Part shown: positions 9,838 to 19,883 of the stretch, in pieces | Layout: every line of letters starts with the position of its first letter | How positions within the stretch are numbered: position 1 is the stretch's first letter | NCBI RefSeq assembly: GCF_964204645.1 | Contig: NC_134032.1 | Coordinates: forward strand, 1,794,416-1,858,415 | From: Tubulanus polymorphus | Lineage: Eukaryota > Animalia > Nemertea | DNA length: 64,000 nt | Direction: 5' to 3' | Notes under the pieces: generated by a model | Told to the model about the DNA's origin: nothing | The model's database searches: none | Seen by the model: only the letters and a program-made list of their open reading frames with translations | Position numbers and translations under genes: made by a program

Positions 9838-10590
9838 ATGGTAGAATTAAAAGAATACAGAATATTTGTAGATTCTAGAAGGCTTACAAATTATAAATCT
9901 CATAATTTATTAATACAATTAGATAGAGAATTTAAGAATTGCGTTGATTTAAAATTAGTAAATATTAGTTTATGTAATTCTTTTTACAATGTAACGGATA
10001 AAAGTCTTGAACATTTAATTTTTTCAATCTTTTATAAAAAAAGGAATAAATGGTTTTTTATATATTTAAAACCAGGATTATATAATTTAAATACATTAGC
10101 ACAAGAAATTAATAGAAAAGCTCGAGCTAAATTAGGAAGTGATTCTGGATTTAATATTAGAATTTTAAAAAGTGCTAGTTCTAATAAAATAAAGATTAGG
10201 TTAGACGAACAATTTAAATTTACAGTAAGAAAACCTTTAGGTAAACTGTTAGGAATTGCCTCTGATATTGTTACAACATATGCAGAAGGTAAATCAAACT
10301 TAATACCTTTTACACATTTTTATATTTATTGTAATTTAATCGATCCTACAAAAACATTCAAAGCAACTAAAGATATAACTTGTAATTCTGGTTTACTAAA
10401 CATTTTACCATTGAAGAATGTTAAAGAATTTGGAACGCAAATAAATTATAATTTAACAGAATGTGATTTCAAACCATGCATTCCTAGTTTTAATAATTTT
10501 AAATTAGAAATAAGAAATCATAATGGATACTTAATTGATTTGAATAATTTCCCTGTAATTTATGAATTAGTTATAAGATGTAAAGAGTAA
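9838..10590 (+). CDS. Putative minor capsid (penton-like single jelly-roll) protein
   Basis: 250 aa, beta-rich; SFYNV..LKPGLYN..L..EIN, FYIYCNLI and C-terminal LEIRNHNGYLIDLNN pattern resembling Polinton pentons. Confidence 0.7.
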   Translation: MVELKEYRIFVDSRRLTNYKSHNLLIQLDREFKNCVDLKLVNISLCNSFYNVTDKSLEHLIFSIFYKKRNKWFFIYLKPGLYNLNTLAQEINRKARAKLGSDSGFNIRILKSASSNKIKIRLDEQFKFTVRKPLGKLLGIASDIVTTYAEGKSNLIPFTHFYIYCNLIDPTKTFKATKDITCNSGLLNILPLKNVKEFGTQINYNLTECDFKPCIPSFNNFKLEIRNHNGYLIDLNNFPVIYELVIRCKE

Positions 10591-10606
10591 TTTTTCACCT
10601 ATATAA

Positions 10607-10960
10607 ATGAATATAACTGTTGGACCGAGTATATGTTTTGGTTTTGATTTTAAACGTGAGAAAGAAATGAAATTTAATATGAATGATGTAATTACACATA
10701 TCAAAAATATTGCATTTTCTAATGAAACAACATTTGAGTATGAAACAACAATAGATAAAGAAACTTTTAATGTAGAAAAGATTACTAATTTAATTAGAGA
10801 ATCTTTAAGATTTTATGAATTAGATGAAGATTTTATCATCGATGATATCAAAAAAATAATAATTGAAATATATACAAATGAAACTAGTAATAAAATAAAT
10901 GTTGAATTAATCATAAATAAGTTAACTAAATATTTTGAAGATAGTAATTTTTTTGATTAA
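10607..10960 (+). CDS. Hypothetical protein (117 aa)
   Basis: Intact ORF with the conserved TAATTTT...TAAATG start motif. Confidence 0.75.
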   Translation: MNITVGPSICFGFDFKREKEMKFNMNDVITHIKNIAFSNETTFEYETTIDKETFNVEKITNLIRESLRFYELDEDFIIDDIKKIIIEIYTNETSNKINVELIINKLTKYFEDSNFFD

Positions 10961-10963
10961 TAA

Positions 10964-11185
10964 ATGAGTGATAATAAGTGGATAATAACTGGATTATATA
11001 ATGGAGCATTACTATCAGTTGGAACGGTTGGTTATTCAATGGTATTAAAAAAAGTATTCAAAATGGGAAGCGTTAATGTTGATAGATTTGATATAAATGA
11101 TATTTTAAAGTTAACATTAGCAGTTACTTTATCTAATTTAACAATTGATTATTTGGAAAAACAAAAATATATTCCTCCCATATAA
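10964..11185 (+). CDS. Small membrane protein (73 aa)
   Basis: Hydrophobic segments GLYNGALLSVGTVGYSMVL and ILKLTLAVTLSNL; TAAATG start. Confidence 0.75.
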   Translation: MSDNKWIITGLYNGALLSVGTVGYSMVLKKVFKMGSVNVDRFDINDILKLTLAVTLSNLTIDYLEKQKYIPPI

Positions 11186-11209
11186 ATGTATAATTTTTTT
11201 GCTAAATAA

Positions 11210-11632
11210 ATGGCTTCTGCAATTATAACTATTATAGGATCAGCAATTGTTAACGCTTTAGCATTTACAGGTGGTGGTTATTTATTTAAACATATTGATA
11301 AAAATAGTTCATTAGGAGAACAAAGAAGACATAACTTAGCGTTAGAGAAATACAATAAAGCTGCAGAAGAATATAGAGAAAAGAGACAAAACTATATGGA
11401 TTACATCAATAAAGAATTATATGATCAGAAGATTTCACATAGAGATTTTCAATCAGTTGATGATGCAATGAGTTTATATAACGCGGTAACAAATAAAGAA
11501 AAATTACATCTATACAAACCTAAATTATCAGATTATTATACCCCGAGTAAAGAACAACAGAAATATGAAATAATTTGGATTTTAGGTGGAACAGTTATTG
11601 TTATATTTGTTGCTTATAAGTTTACTAATTAG
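11210..11632 (+). CDS. Membrane protein (140 aa): hydrophobic N-terminus, coiled coil, C-terminal TM
   Basis: MASAIITIIGSAIVNALAFTGGG ... IIWILGGTVIVIFVAY; TAAATG start. Confidence 0.8.
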   Translation: MASAIITIIGSAIVNALAFTGGGYLFKHIDKNSSLGEQRRHNLALEKYNKAAEEYREKRQNYMDYINKELYDQKISHRDFQSVDDAMSLYNAVTNKEKLHLYKPKLSDYYTPSKEQQKYEIIWILGGTVIVIFVAYKFTN

Positions 11633-11651
11633 TAATTTTTATTCTAAATAA

Positions 11652-12086
11652 ATGGAAGATAAAGTTGATAGTATTGATATCATTCCTCATGATATAAATA
11701 AAACTAAATTAAAAATATATTTAGAAAAACAAATATTAGAATTTGAAAGTGACCTAAAGATAAAAAAGAAAAAATATTTAAAAAGTAAAATTATATATTA
11801 TTTGATTATAAGTGGTTCGGTTACAATTAGTTCTGTAATAACATTTCTAGCAATATTCAGTCCATTAACACCTTTAGCTATATCAATTGGTGTATTAGGA
11901 TTAAGTTCAAGTGTTTTAACTGGTATAAGTTCAAAATTAAATATAAAAAGTAATAAAGAAAAAATAAAATCTAATATAAAAGAAATTAATAAATTAAAGA
12001 ATACACTAGATTATATAATAAGTTTAAATGGTCATATAACAGTTGAAGAACAAGATAAATTATTAAAAGAATTAATAAATTATTAA
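11652..12086 (+). CDS. Two-TM membrane protein with flanking coiled coils (144 aa)
   Basis: Central hydrophobic hairpin IIYYLIISGSVTISSVITFLAIF / LAISIGVLGLSSSVLTGI; TAAATG start. Confidence 0.8.
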   Translation: MEDKVDSIDIIPHDINKTKLKIYLEKQILEFESDLKIKKKKYLKSKIIYYLIISGSVTISSVITFLAIFSPLTPLAISIGVLGLSSSVLTGISSKLNIKSNKEKIKSNIKEINKLKNTLDYIISLNGHITVEEQDKLLKELINY

Positions 12087-12102
12087 TTTTTTAATTATAT
12101 AA

Positions 12103-13491
12103 ATGGTGGATAGTTTTCCAAAAGCTTTCCAATATAATAAATCAATTAAATATAATATTCCAGCAATAGATTTTAATAAAGATATTACATATAGAAATGA
12201 AGTTTTAAATTCATTAATTGATTTATATATTTATGTTACTGAAACTAATAATTTTAATGCAAAGATGGAAAATATATTTCATATATATTTAATTAATTTT
12301 AAAAAATTGAAAGATGAAAAACAATGGTTATTAAAATCTAATATGAAGTATTGGCAGAATCAATTAAATTTTGCTGTTTATTGTGCAACAACGGGATGTG
12401 GAATTAGTTGGAATGATCATTTGAATAATTCTAAATATAAATTAATTCAAAGTTTATTTAGATTTCATACATACTTTCAAATCAGAATAATATTAAATGA
12501 ATTAGAGTGCGCTTTACCAGGATCTAGATATTTTAAAGAATTGGATAATAATATTAATTTATCTAAGTTTTATAAAATTTGCAATGAATTTAATATAGAT
12601 ATAAATAATTCTGATTTTAGAATAAAAATTGGAACAATAAGATCACTTCCATGCCCTAGAAAGATTGCAGAATATTGTGCACTTCCCATACCATCTAATA
12701 GTTTTTATAATATCTATAATAAAAAATTAGGTTATGGTAAAATAGAAACAAAGGATTTAGAAACATTAAATTTCAATAAATTACCGAAATTTTATGATAA
12801 TTTAAAACAAGAAAACAATAATGGTTGGGTTTATTTTATTTTAGAAAATAGTGAAGGTTTTACTAAATCAGGTATAGAAAGAATAAATCAATCTATTAGA
12901 ACTTATTTGATATGTATTCTAGGTGCGCAAGTTGAAACAAGATCCCAAATAATTGGAAATGATAACACTTCATTCGATACACAAAAACAATTTAAAGTTT
13001 TATTTGAAGATTCAATTCATAATGATAAAAATAGATCGATTCCAGAAAACATTATAAGATATCAAAATTATTTAGATAAATCTCATGTAAGACTAAATTA
13101 TTGTATAGGCCCTAATCTATTAATTATTTCTAATGATTTAGTATTGAAGATGGGAAACATAATTGCTTATAATAATCTAATTAAAACTGCAACAATAAAT
13201 AATTCATTTGGATTAAATGATATAAATAAAAAGATTATCACTGCTCCAAAATTAATGGAAGGTGAAAAAAATAAAAAACATATTCAATCAACAGAAACTA
13301 AAACTAAGAATATTAAATTGGTTAATGATTCCAAAATAAAAGATTACAATACATCAGAAAATATAAAAACTGATAATATTCAACATGATATAATTAAACA
13401 AAATGACGATAATAAATCCCATGAAAATACTAAATTAGCTATAACTTGTATAGGAATTGTAATCGGAGGAATATTATATTTTAAATTTTAA
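12103..13491 (+). CDS. Hypothetical viral protein (462 aa) with C-terminal membrane anchor
   Basis: Long intact ORF, WQNQLNFAVYCATTGCGIS motif, terminal LAITCIGIVIGGILYF; TAAATG start. Confidence 0.85.
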   Translation: MVDSFPKAFQYNKSIKYNIPAIDFNKDITYRNEVLNSLIDLYIYVTETNNFNAKMENIFHIYLINFKKLKDEKQWLLKSNMKYWQNQLNFAVYCATTGCGISWNDHLNNSKYKLIQSLFRFHTYFQIRIILNELECALPGSRYFKELDNNINLSKFYKICNEFNIDINNSDFRIKIGTIRSLPCPRKIAEYCALPIPSNSFYNIYNKKLGYGKIETKDLETLNFNKLPKFYDNLKQENNNGWVYFILENSEGFTKSGIERINQSIRTYLICILGAQVETRSQIIGNDNTSFDTQKQFKVLFEDSIHNDKNRSIPENIIRYQNYLDKSHVRLNYCIGPNLLIISNDLVLKMGNIIAYNNLIKTATINNSFGLNDINKKIITAPKLMEGEKNKKHIQSTETKTKNIKLVNDSKIKDYNTSENIKTDNIQHDIIKQNDDNKSHENTKLAITCIGIVIGGILYFKF

Positions 13492-13507
13492 TTTTTTTAT
13501 TATATAA

Positions 13508-14128
13508 ATGGAAGAAGATATTCCAATGGATACTTTAGATGAACCTGGTATAAGTGATGAACAACAACCTGATTTTGATGAAACAAGTTTCAGTAATGAT
13601 AATAAAACGGTATATAATACTAATTTAGGTGAAGATGATGATTATGATGATGATTATGATGATGATTATGATGATGGTCCCGAATTACGTGAAAAATTAA
13701 ATAAAATTAAAATTAAAATAACAGATACAATTGTTAACGAATTACTACCAAAAGATGTAATAGATGAAATTGATTCAGAAGAAATTGTAAAACAAATTTT
13801 AAAAGATGATCCATTTTTCATGAATAATTTAGAATTAAAAAATAATGTGTGGTATTATAATGTTGAATTAAATAACAAAATTGTATCAGTTCAATTATCT
13901 AAAATGAGACAAGAAAATCTGTTCCATCTAGAAATGCGAGCAAGATCTACAATTGAAGGTTCAAAAGGCGGTAGAGAATTTCTCAGAATTATATGGAATG
14001 CAATCAATAGAATAAATGAAGAAGAACCAATTCCTAATATTGATATAAACAAATATTCACCATTTAAAAATCCAAATCCGAATCCTACTGATTTTAATCC
14101 AGAGATGGAAGAGAATAGAAATCGATAG
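13508..14128 (+). CDS. Acidic N-terminal half of a probable 534-aa protein (13508-15113) split by a +1 frameshift
   Basis: DDDY repeats; the downstream frame is open across 14100-14222; removing one A near 14114 gives ...MEEIEIDRLRSS... Confidence 0.75.
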   Translation: MEEDIPMDTLDEPGISDEQQPDFDETSFSNDNKTVYNTNLGEDDDYDDDYDDDYDDGPELREKLNKIKIKITDTIVNELLPKDVIDEIDSEEIVKQILKDDPFFMNNLELKNNVWYYNVELNNKIVSVQLSKMRQENLFHLEMRARSTIEGSKGGREFLRIIWNAINRINEEEPIPNIDINKYSPFKNPNPNPTDFNPEMEENRNR

Positions 14129-14222
14129 ATTAAGATCTTCAACACCCGAAACATCTAGAAGAGATATTCAACAAATTGATAATGATTCAAATCAATTACA
14201 ATTAGGAAAACATTTTGATAGC

Positions 14223-15113
14223 ATGTTAGATGCAATTCATTCATTTGACGAAGAGATGAATAGTATTTTAGATACACCCGGTACTGAAACTGAAATAAAT
14301 CGAATACAATCTTTACTAGAAAAAGGATTACTTGATTTAACTGATGAAGAATTAAAACAATTTCCTGAAAAAGCACGTAGAGAAATTAAAGGTATGCAAG
14401 AATCAGCTGGTGAAATTGCTAATATTAAGATGAGATTTTCTAAAATAACCATGTTAGAAAAAGAATTAACTGATGCAAATGAAGAATTTAAACAATTAGA
14501 ATTAAATAGAGATCTTCAATTAATCGAGGAAGCTGATTATGAAAGCAGAAAGTTAGCTTTAGAAAAAGAAATAGATGATTTAGAATATAACATAAAATTA
14601 CAAAAAGAAGAAAGAGATACATTATTAAAATCATATGATCTTAATCATATTAAAAAATTAAAAGTTATTTTTAAAGATTTGTTGATTAAACCAGATTCTG
14701 AAATATCATTAAAAGACAGAATAAAATTATTATTTAAATTAGAAGGAATAACAATTCTTTCAATTCTAACAGCTGTAACTATGTTATTTACAACAATTGG
14801 TTTAGCTATATCAAATGCTTTGAAATCTACTCCTACTCCCACTCCCAATAAACCAGATAAACCCCCGAATGATAATTCTATACAAGATAAAGTTAAGGAT
14901 GGTTTAAAGAAATTAGCAAAATATTTATGGGAACTATCTAAAAAATCTGCTGCAGCATTGCCAGGAGTTATTGCTTCAATTGTTGGTTTTTTATTGAAAT
15001 CTGCAGGTAATATTCTTAACTTTGCTGCTGAACATATTATTTTATTTTTAATTACAGTTGTAAGTGCTATTATTTTTGGGTTAGTAAATATGATATCAAA
15101 AAATATCAAGTAA
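14223..15113 (+). CDS. Coiled-coil, multi-TM membrane protein (C-terminal half of 13508-15113)
   Basis: Long E/K/L heptad region, TM ITILSILTAVTMLFTTIGLAI, Pro-rich linker, two more hydrophobic helices; lacks its own TAAATG motif. Confidence 0.8.
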   Translation: MLDAIHSFDEEMNSILDTPGTETEINRIQSLLEKGLLDLTDEELKQFPEKARREIKGMQESAGEIANIKMRFSKITMLEKELTDANEEFKQLELNRDLQLIEEADYESRKLALEKEIDDLEYNIKLQKEERDTLLKSYDLNHIKKLKVIFKDLLIKPDSEISLKDRIKLLFKLEGITILSILTAVTMLFTTIGLAISNALKSTPTPTPNKPDKPPNDNSIQDKVKDGLKKLAKYLWELSKKSAAALPGVIASIVGFLLKSAGNILNFAAEHIILFLITVVSAIIFGLVNMISKNIK

Positions 15114-15157
15114 ACTATGATATCAAAAAATAAATAATTAATTTTTTTGTTAAATAA

Positions 15158-16405
15158 ATGAGTGGGAGTTATGTAAGTCCTTCGAAGAATCATAGAATAT
15201 CTAATGCTATTAAAGCAGAGAGATCACATCATATAATTACTCATAACCCTTCTAATATTAATCCCGATGAAACTTTATACGTTAGAATCCCTCGATTAAC
15301 ACAAAATACTTTTTATGTTCCAAACAGTATTTATTTATCAGCCGATATAAAAGTAACTGGCCATGATAACAATTATGTTGTTGATAATGTTGGAAGATAT
15401 TTGATTAAAAAATTAACTATAAAGATTGGTCCGGAAACAGTTTTCTCATTAGATGATTATAATTTATTTATGCATTATAAAGATTTATGGTTAACTAAAG
15501 AAAATAGAAATAATATGATATTTCAAGGCATCCAATCGGAAAACCATAATAAATTAAGATCTGAAGCCAATAATGCAGTAGTAACTCGTGCCACAGATAA
15601 TTTGATTAAAAAGATTTATGGAAGCAAATATAAAATTCCATTAGACTTTGAATTGATAAATAATAATGCACCTTTATATAAATACGCAATTCAAGAAGAT
15701 ATTATATTTGAGATAACATTTGCTCCTGTAAATGAAATTGTATTATCTAGCGTTGTTAAAGATATGGGTTATAAATTATCGAATATATGTTTAGAATATA
15801 ACACAGTAACTAATGAAAATATTGCTAGCACAATTCAAACTCAATACAATCAAGGATTTTCATTATTATATGATTATATTGATAAATTTAAAACTGTAAC
15901 TATTAATGCAAATGATGAAATAATTAATGAGAATATTAACTTTCCTAGAAGATCTATTAAAGGTATATTAATATTTTTTACTATTGCAACATATTCTAAT
16001 GGTGCAATAAATGTTGATAATTATTATAATCCTGAAATAACAAAAGTAGAAATAACTATTGAAGGTATAGCGAATAAAATATTTTGTCAAGGAATGAGAA
16101 TGATTGATCAATGGCCAGAAATTAGAAAACATTTTATGAATGAAAAAGTGAAATCATTTGAAAATTGTAACATTAATCAAATTGATTATTATACTGGTAA
16201 TAAATATGCATTATGGTTAGATTTTAGAACAACTGAAGATAACTTATTACATGGTTCTGGAAAAAAACTACAAAATACAAAAGATGGAATACAATTATTC
16301 ATGAAAAAGAATAAAGGAATCAAAAATTTTAAAATGCACATTTATATTATATCTGACGCGCAATTAAATATTGTAAATTCACAATTAGATAGTATTCAAT
16401 ATTAG
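15158..16405 (+). CDS. Putative major capsid protein (double jelly-roll)
   Basis: 415 aa, beta-rich; THNPSNINPDETLYVRIP, IKKLTIKIG, YKIPLDF, ALWLDFRT; size and position next to integrase and ATPase fit a Polinton MCP. Confidence 0.75.
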   Translation: MSGSYVSPSKNHRISNAIKAERSHHIITHNPSNINPDETLYVRIPRLTQNTFYVPNSIYLSADIKVTGHDNNYVVDNVGRYLIKKLTIKIGPETVFSLDDYNLFMHYKDLWLTKENRNNMIFQGIQSENHNKLRSEANNAVVTRATDNLIKKIYGSKYKIPLDFELINNNAPLYKYAIQEDIIFEITFAPVNEIVLSSVVKDMGYKLSNICLEYNTVTNENIASTIQTQYNQGFSLLYDYIDKFKTVTINANDEIINENINFPRRSIKGILIFFTIATYSNGAINVDNYYNPEITKVEITIEGIANKIFCQGMRMIDQWPEIRKHFMNEKVKSFENCNINQIDYYTGNKYALWLDFRTTEDNLLHGSGKKLQNTKDGIQLFMKKNKGIKNFKMHIYIISDAQLNIVNSQLDSIQY

Positions 16406-16435
16406 AAATATAAAGTTAAAATTAAGCGTATATAA

Positions 16436-17543
16436 ATGGGAGGTAAAAAATCTCCTAATACTAAAGAACAATATTTAAGAAATTTATATTACAACCCTGA
16501 GAGTTCGGTTGCTTATTCTTCTACTAAAAATATATGGCGTAAAGTAAATAATCCCACAAAATTTAGTTAAATATAAAGATATAAATGAATTTATGTTAGA
16601 ACAACCAACGTATACAACACATAAAAAAATTGTTAGAAAATATAAAACTCGTAAAACTATGGTAAGTTATGTAGATCAACAGTGGCAAGGAGATTTAATT
16701 GATATGAAAAATGTTAAGAAAGATAATGATGATTATTGGTGGTTATTGAATATAATTGATATTTTTAGTCGTTATGTATGGAGCTTCCCACTTTATAGAA
16801 AAGATGCTGTACAAACATCAAATGTTTTAAGAAAATTTCTTTCGGATGATAAACTAAAACCAGAAAAAATACAATTTGATGATGGAAAAGAATTTGATAA
16901 TTCACTTATTCATGAACTCTTAGATAATCATAATATTAAATATTTTTCAACAAAATCAGATAAAAAAGCAGCAGTTGTTGAACGATTTAATAGAACATTA
17001 AGAACAAGAATGTGGAAATATTTTACAGCAAATAATACTTTTAAATGGATTGATATTTTACCAAAATTGATAGAAGGATATAATAATTCTTATCATTCTT
17101 CTATTGGAATGAAACCTATTGATGCTAGAAAACCTGAAAATGCTGAAATTGTTTGGAATAATTTATATGGAGCATTTCTTATAGATGATTTTGGCGAACC
17201 TAAATTTAAAGTTGGTCAAAATGTTAGAATTTCTAAGTATAAAAAGATATTTGATAAAGGATACGATCGAAATTTTACTAGAGAAATATATAAAATAAAA
17301 AAGGTAATAACAACAAAACCATATGTCTATAAATTAGAAGATTTAGATGGAGAAGAAGTTGATGGATATTTTTATGAAGAAGAATTAAGTTTAACTACTG
17401 AAAATCTAGAACAAGAATATAAAATTGAAAAAGTATTAAAAACAAAAACTGTTAAAAGAAAAAAATATTCTTTAGTAAAATGGGTTGGATGGCCAGATAA
17501 ATTCAATGAATGGATATTATCAAGTAAAATTAAAAATATATAA
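16436..17543 (+). CDS. Retroviral-like (RVE, DDE) integrase with C-terminal chromodomain; true start probably 16436 with a +1 frameshift at ~16548-16567 (ORF track shows 16593-17543)
   Basis: WQGDLIDM, IQFDDGKEF, AAVVERFNRTL catalytic triad; chromodomain YKIEKVL...LVKWVGWPDKFNEWI; upstream frame MGGKK...LYYNPESSVAYSS starts at TAAATG. Confidence 0.93.
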
Positions 17544-18152
17544 ATGAATAAGGAATTATTCATATTTGAGCCTCATAATATGTTAATTTCTGGTGTAACA
17601 AATTGTGGAAAAACGTATTTTATATTAAATTTATTAGAAACTGTTTACAAAAACTATTTTGATAATATAGTATTATTTTGTCCAACATATGAATTTAATC
17701 AAACTTATGATAGAAACATTACTAGAAATAATAAATTTATTATATTAGATCCTAAAACAGTAAAAGAAAATTTAGATAATTGTATAAAAATAGCAATTGA
17801 TATTTATAAAGGATCAAATACATTATTTATCATAGATGATTGTGCTAATCTACATGATTCAAAAGTTAGAGAAAGTGAGTTATGTTATTTAGCTTTCTCT
17901 GGAAGACATTTTGGGATAACAACTTGGGTTTTAAATCAAAAATATAATTCAATTGTTAAAGATTTTAGAGAAAACATTAGATTTCTAGTTTTATTCTACA
18001 ATAAAGATAGAAAATCAATGAAAAATGCACTTGAGGAAAATGATATTATTCCACATGATTTACATAATGAATATATGGATGAGTTGAAAAATATTAAAAG
18101 ATCAAAATTACTATTTAGATTACAACACCCATTTAAATATGAATTTATTTAA
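17544..18152 (+). CDS. A32/FtsK-HerA-like genome packaging ATPase
   Basis: Walker A GVTNCGKT, Walker B LFIIDD, GRH motif followed by ..LNQ. Confidence 0.92.
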   Translation: MNKELFIFEPHNMLISGVTNCGKTYFILNLLETVYKNYFDNIVLFCPTYEFNQTYDRNITRNNKFIILDPKTVKENLDNCIKIAIDIYKGSNTLFIIDDCANLHDSKVRESELCYLAFSGRHFGITTWVLNQKYNSIVKDFRENIRFLVLFYNKDRKSMKNALEENDIIPHDLHNEYMDELKNIKRSKLLFRLQHPFKYEFI

Positions 18153-18153
18153 A

Positions 18154-18426
18154 TTCAACTAGTTTGTTAATCTAATTGAATTCTAGTTACATTCTAGTTG
18201 AATTCTAGTTGTTAGTAGTTGAAACAAAAATCAATTAGATTTAACAATATTTCAACTAGCTTGTTAATCTATTTTAATTCTAGTTACATTCTAGTTGAAT
18301 TCTAATTGTTAGTAGTTGAAACAAAAATCAACTAGAATGTAACTAGAAATAAACAAAAACAACAATATTTCAACTAGCTTGTTAATCTAGTTGAATTCTA
18401 GTTACATTCTAGTTGAATTCTAGTTG
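18154..18426. repeat. Intergenic repeat: ~97-bp unit x ~2.7 built from ATTCTAGTTGA/ATTCTAGTTAC subunits with inverted copies
   Basis: TTCAACTAG-TTGTTAATCTA.. restarts at ~18154, 18251, 18369; inverted CAACTAGAATGTAACTAGAA at ~18329. Confidence 0.85.
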
Positions 18427-18457
18427 CAACAACACAACTAATTTGTTTGTTATATAA

Positions 18458-19063
18458 ATGGGAGGTGAAAAGAAAATAAAATCTAAAAATGGTGATGTTA
18501 CAATTGAAAAAACTTTAGATGATTTAGGAATAACAGAAACAAAATTAACTCCAGATGATGGTGCTTTAAATAATGTTACAACAAATAATAATTATGAATA
18601 TTATCTTTATTGTAAACATCAATTAGAAATATTAATAGCATCTGGAAAATGTAAAAATTTTGTCGGTAAAAATTTAACTTATAATGAATTAGATACAATG
18701 AAATCAGATGAAATTATTAGATTATTTAAGATTTATGAAGCCGCGAGAACAGCTAGAATTAATGACGCGATATCAGAAAATGTAGTAAAAGGTTATAGTA
18801 AATTATGTAATTATATACTACCAATTGAAGATGAAAATAGATTATATTCTGATTTAAAAAATGATTATTTAGTTATGACTGAATTAAATAAATGGATTGG
18901 ATATTTATCTTTTCAATTAGGTGGATTTATGACATTATTATCAACTGGGGTTATAACATTTTCAAATATTGAAAGTAAAAATATTTCTATAATAAATGAG
19001 CGAGGTGAAAGAAGTGAAGGAATTAACTGTGAAGAAAAAACCGAGAACTCAGAAACAAATTGA
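18458..19063 (+). CDS. Hypothetical protein (201 aa) with a hydrophobic segment near the C-terminus
   Basis: Intact ORF, TAAATG start, WIGYLSFQLGGFMTLLSTGVITF. Confidence 0.8.
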   Translation: MGGEKKIKSKNGDVTIEKTLDDLGITETKLTPDDGALNNVTTNNNYEYYLYCKHQLEILIASGKCKNFVGKNLTYNELDTMKSDEIIRLFKIYEAARTARINDAISENVVKGYSKLCNYILPIEDENRLYSDLKNDYLVMTELNKWIGYLSFQLGGFMTLLSTGVITFSNIESKNISIINERGERSEGINCEEKTENSETN

Positions 19064-19364
19064 ATGGTCTCGACAATTAGGAATTGAATCACAAGAATAT
19101 AAAAAAGCTGTAAAAGAAAAAATAAGTAATAAAAATGTTAATAAAAATGGTGAAAATATTGTTATTTCTACTCCTTCTGATAGTAGAATATTTGATAAAT
19201 ATTTATATTTTACAGTTGGATTTGTAATTGTGTTCATTTTGATTGGGTGTAATTGGTATAAGAAATCAAATAAAATTCATGATATTAGTAATTCTGAACC
19301 AACTGCTATCAAAAATGAAAATACTTCTGAAATTCCAAAATTAATAATAAAAAAAATGGATTAA
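18996..19364 (+). CDS. Basic single-TM protein (122 aa)
   Basis: KKKPRTQKQIEW basic N-terminus, TM YLYFTVGFVIVFILIGC; TAAATG start overlapping the previous gene. Confidence 0.75.
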   Translation: MSEVKEVKELTVKKKPRTQKQIEWSRQLGIESQEYKKAVKEKISNKNVNKNGENIVISTPSDSRIFDKYLYFTVGFVIVFILIGCNWYKKSNKIHDISNSEPTAIKNENTSEIPKLIIKKMD

Positions 19365-19396
19365 TATTTTAGAAAAAAAGCAAAAAAATAATTGAA

Positions 19397-19475
19397 TATC
19401 ACTATGTGGGTGCCGTACGGCACCATCTCACTACTTTTGTCTATCACTGTGTGGGTGCCGTTTATGGCACCATCT
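19397..19475. terminator. Twin GC-rich hairpins between convergent genes (candidate 3'-end/termination signal)
   Basis: Perfect palindrome GGTGCCGTACGGCACC (19409-19424) and GGTGCCGTTTATGGCACC (19454-19471) within a ~33-bp direct repeat. Confidence 0.5.
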
Positions 19476-19556
19476 ATGCGGAGCAATTAAATTGTCCAGA
19501 TAAGTCATTTCGGATTCTAGATATTCATTATTTTTACTAATTTATTTTTTTTAAAT

Positions 19557-19883
19557 TTAATCAACAATTTCTAAATCATGATGGCCATCTTCATTTTTTC
19601 CATGATAGATTATTTTAAATCCTTCTAAATCTTTTAATTCCTCTGTACTCAATGAAGCCCATTTATCAGGTAAAAATACTTTAAATTCTCGCGATGTACT
19701 TACATTACAGTAGCTTAAATTAGCTGATACTTTCTCTCCATATTTAGTTTTTATCTTTTCTAATTTCAATATTTTATGTTCAATTTCTTTTGTAACATCA
19801 ACTAACTTTTTTATTTCAAATTGTTTTTTTGCTGGTTTTATTCTGTTATTTATTGTTGCTAAGAATGCTTTTCTATCCCCCAT
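19557..19883 (-). CDS. Small protein (108 aa) starting within the right TIR; possible OB-fold ssDNA-binding protein
   Basis: ATG lies in the TIR, mirroring the pPolB ATG; beta-rich KTKYG...VFLP...IIYHG pattern; function is inference only. Confidence 0.7.
   Translation of the reverse strand: MGDRKAFLATINNRIKPAKKQFEIKKLVDVTKEIEHKILKLEKIKTKYGEKVSANLSYCNVSTSREFKVFLPDKWASLSTEELKDLEGFKIIYHGKNEDGHHDLEIVD

Noticed and set aside
13891-15193. Antisense ORFs inside the viral membrane-protein gene (also 8460-8645, 17372-17563, 19049-19237)
   Set aside because: Shadow ORFs of real genes; lack the TAAATG start motif
16593-16595. ORF-track start of the integrase
   Set aside because: Lacks the promoter motif, and an integrase-like N-terminus (LYYNP) is encoded from 16436 in another frame
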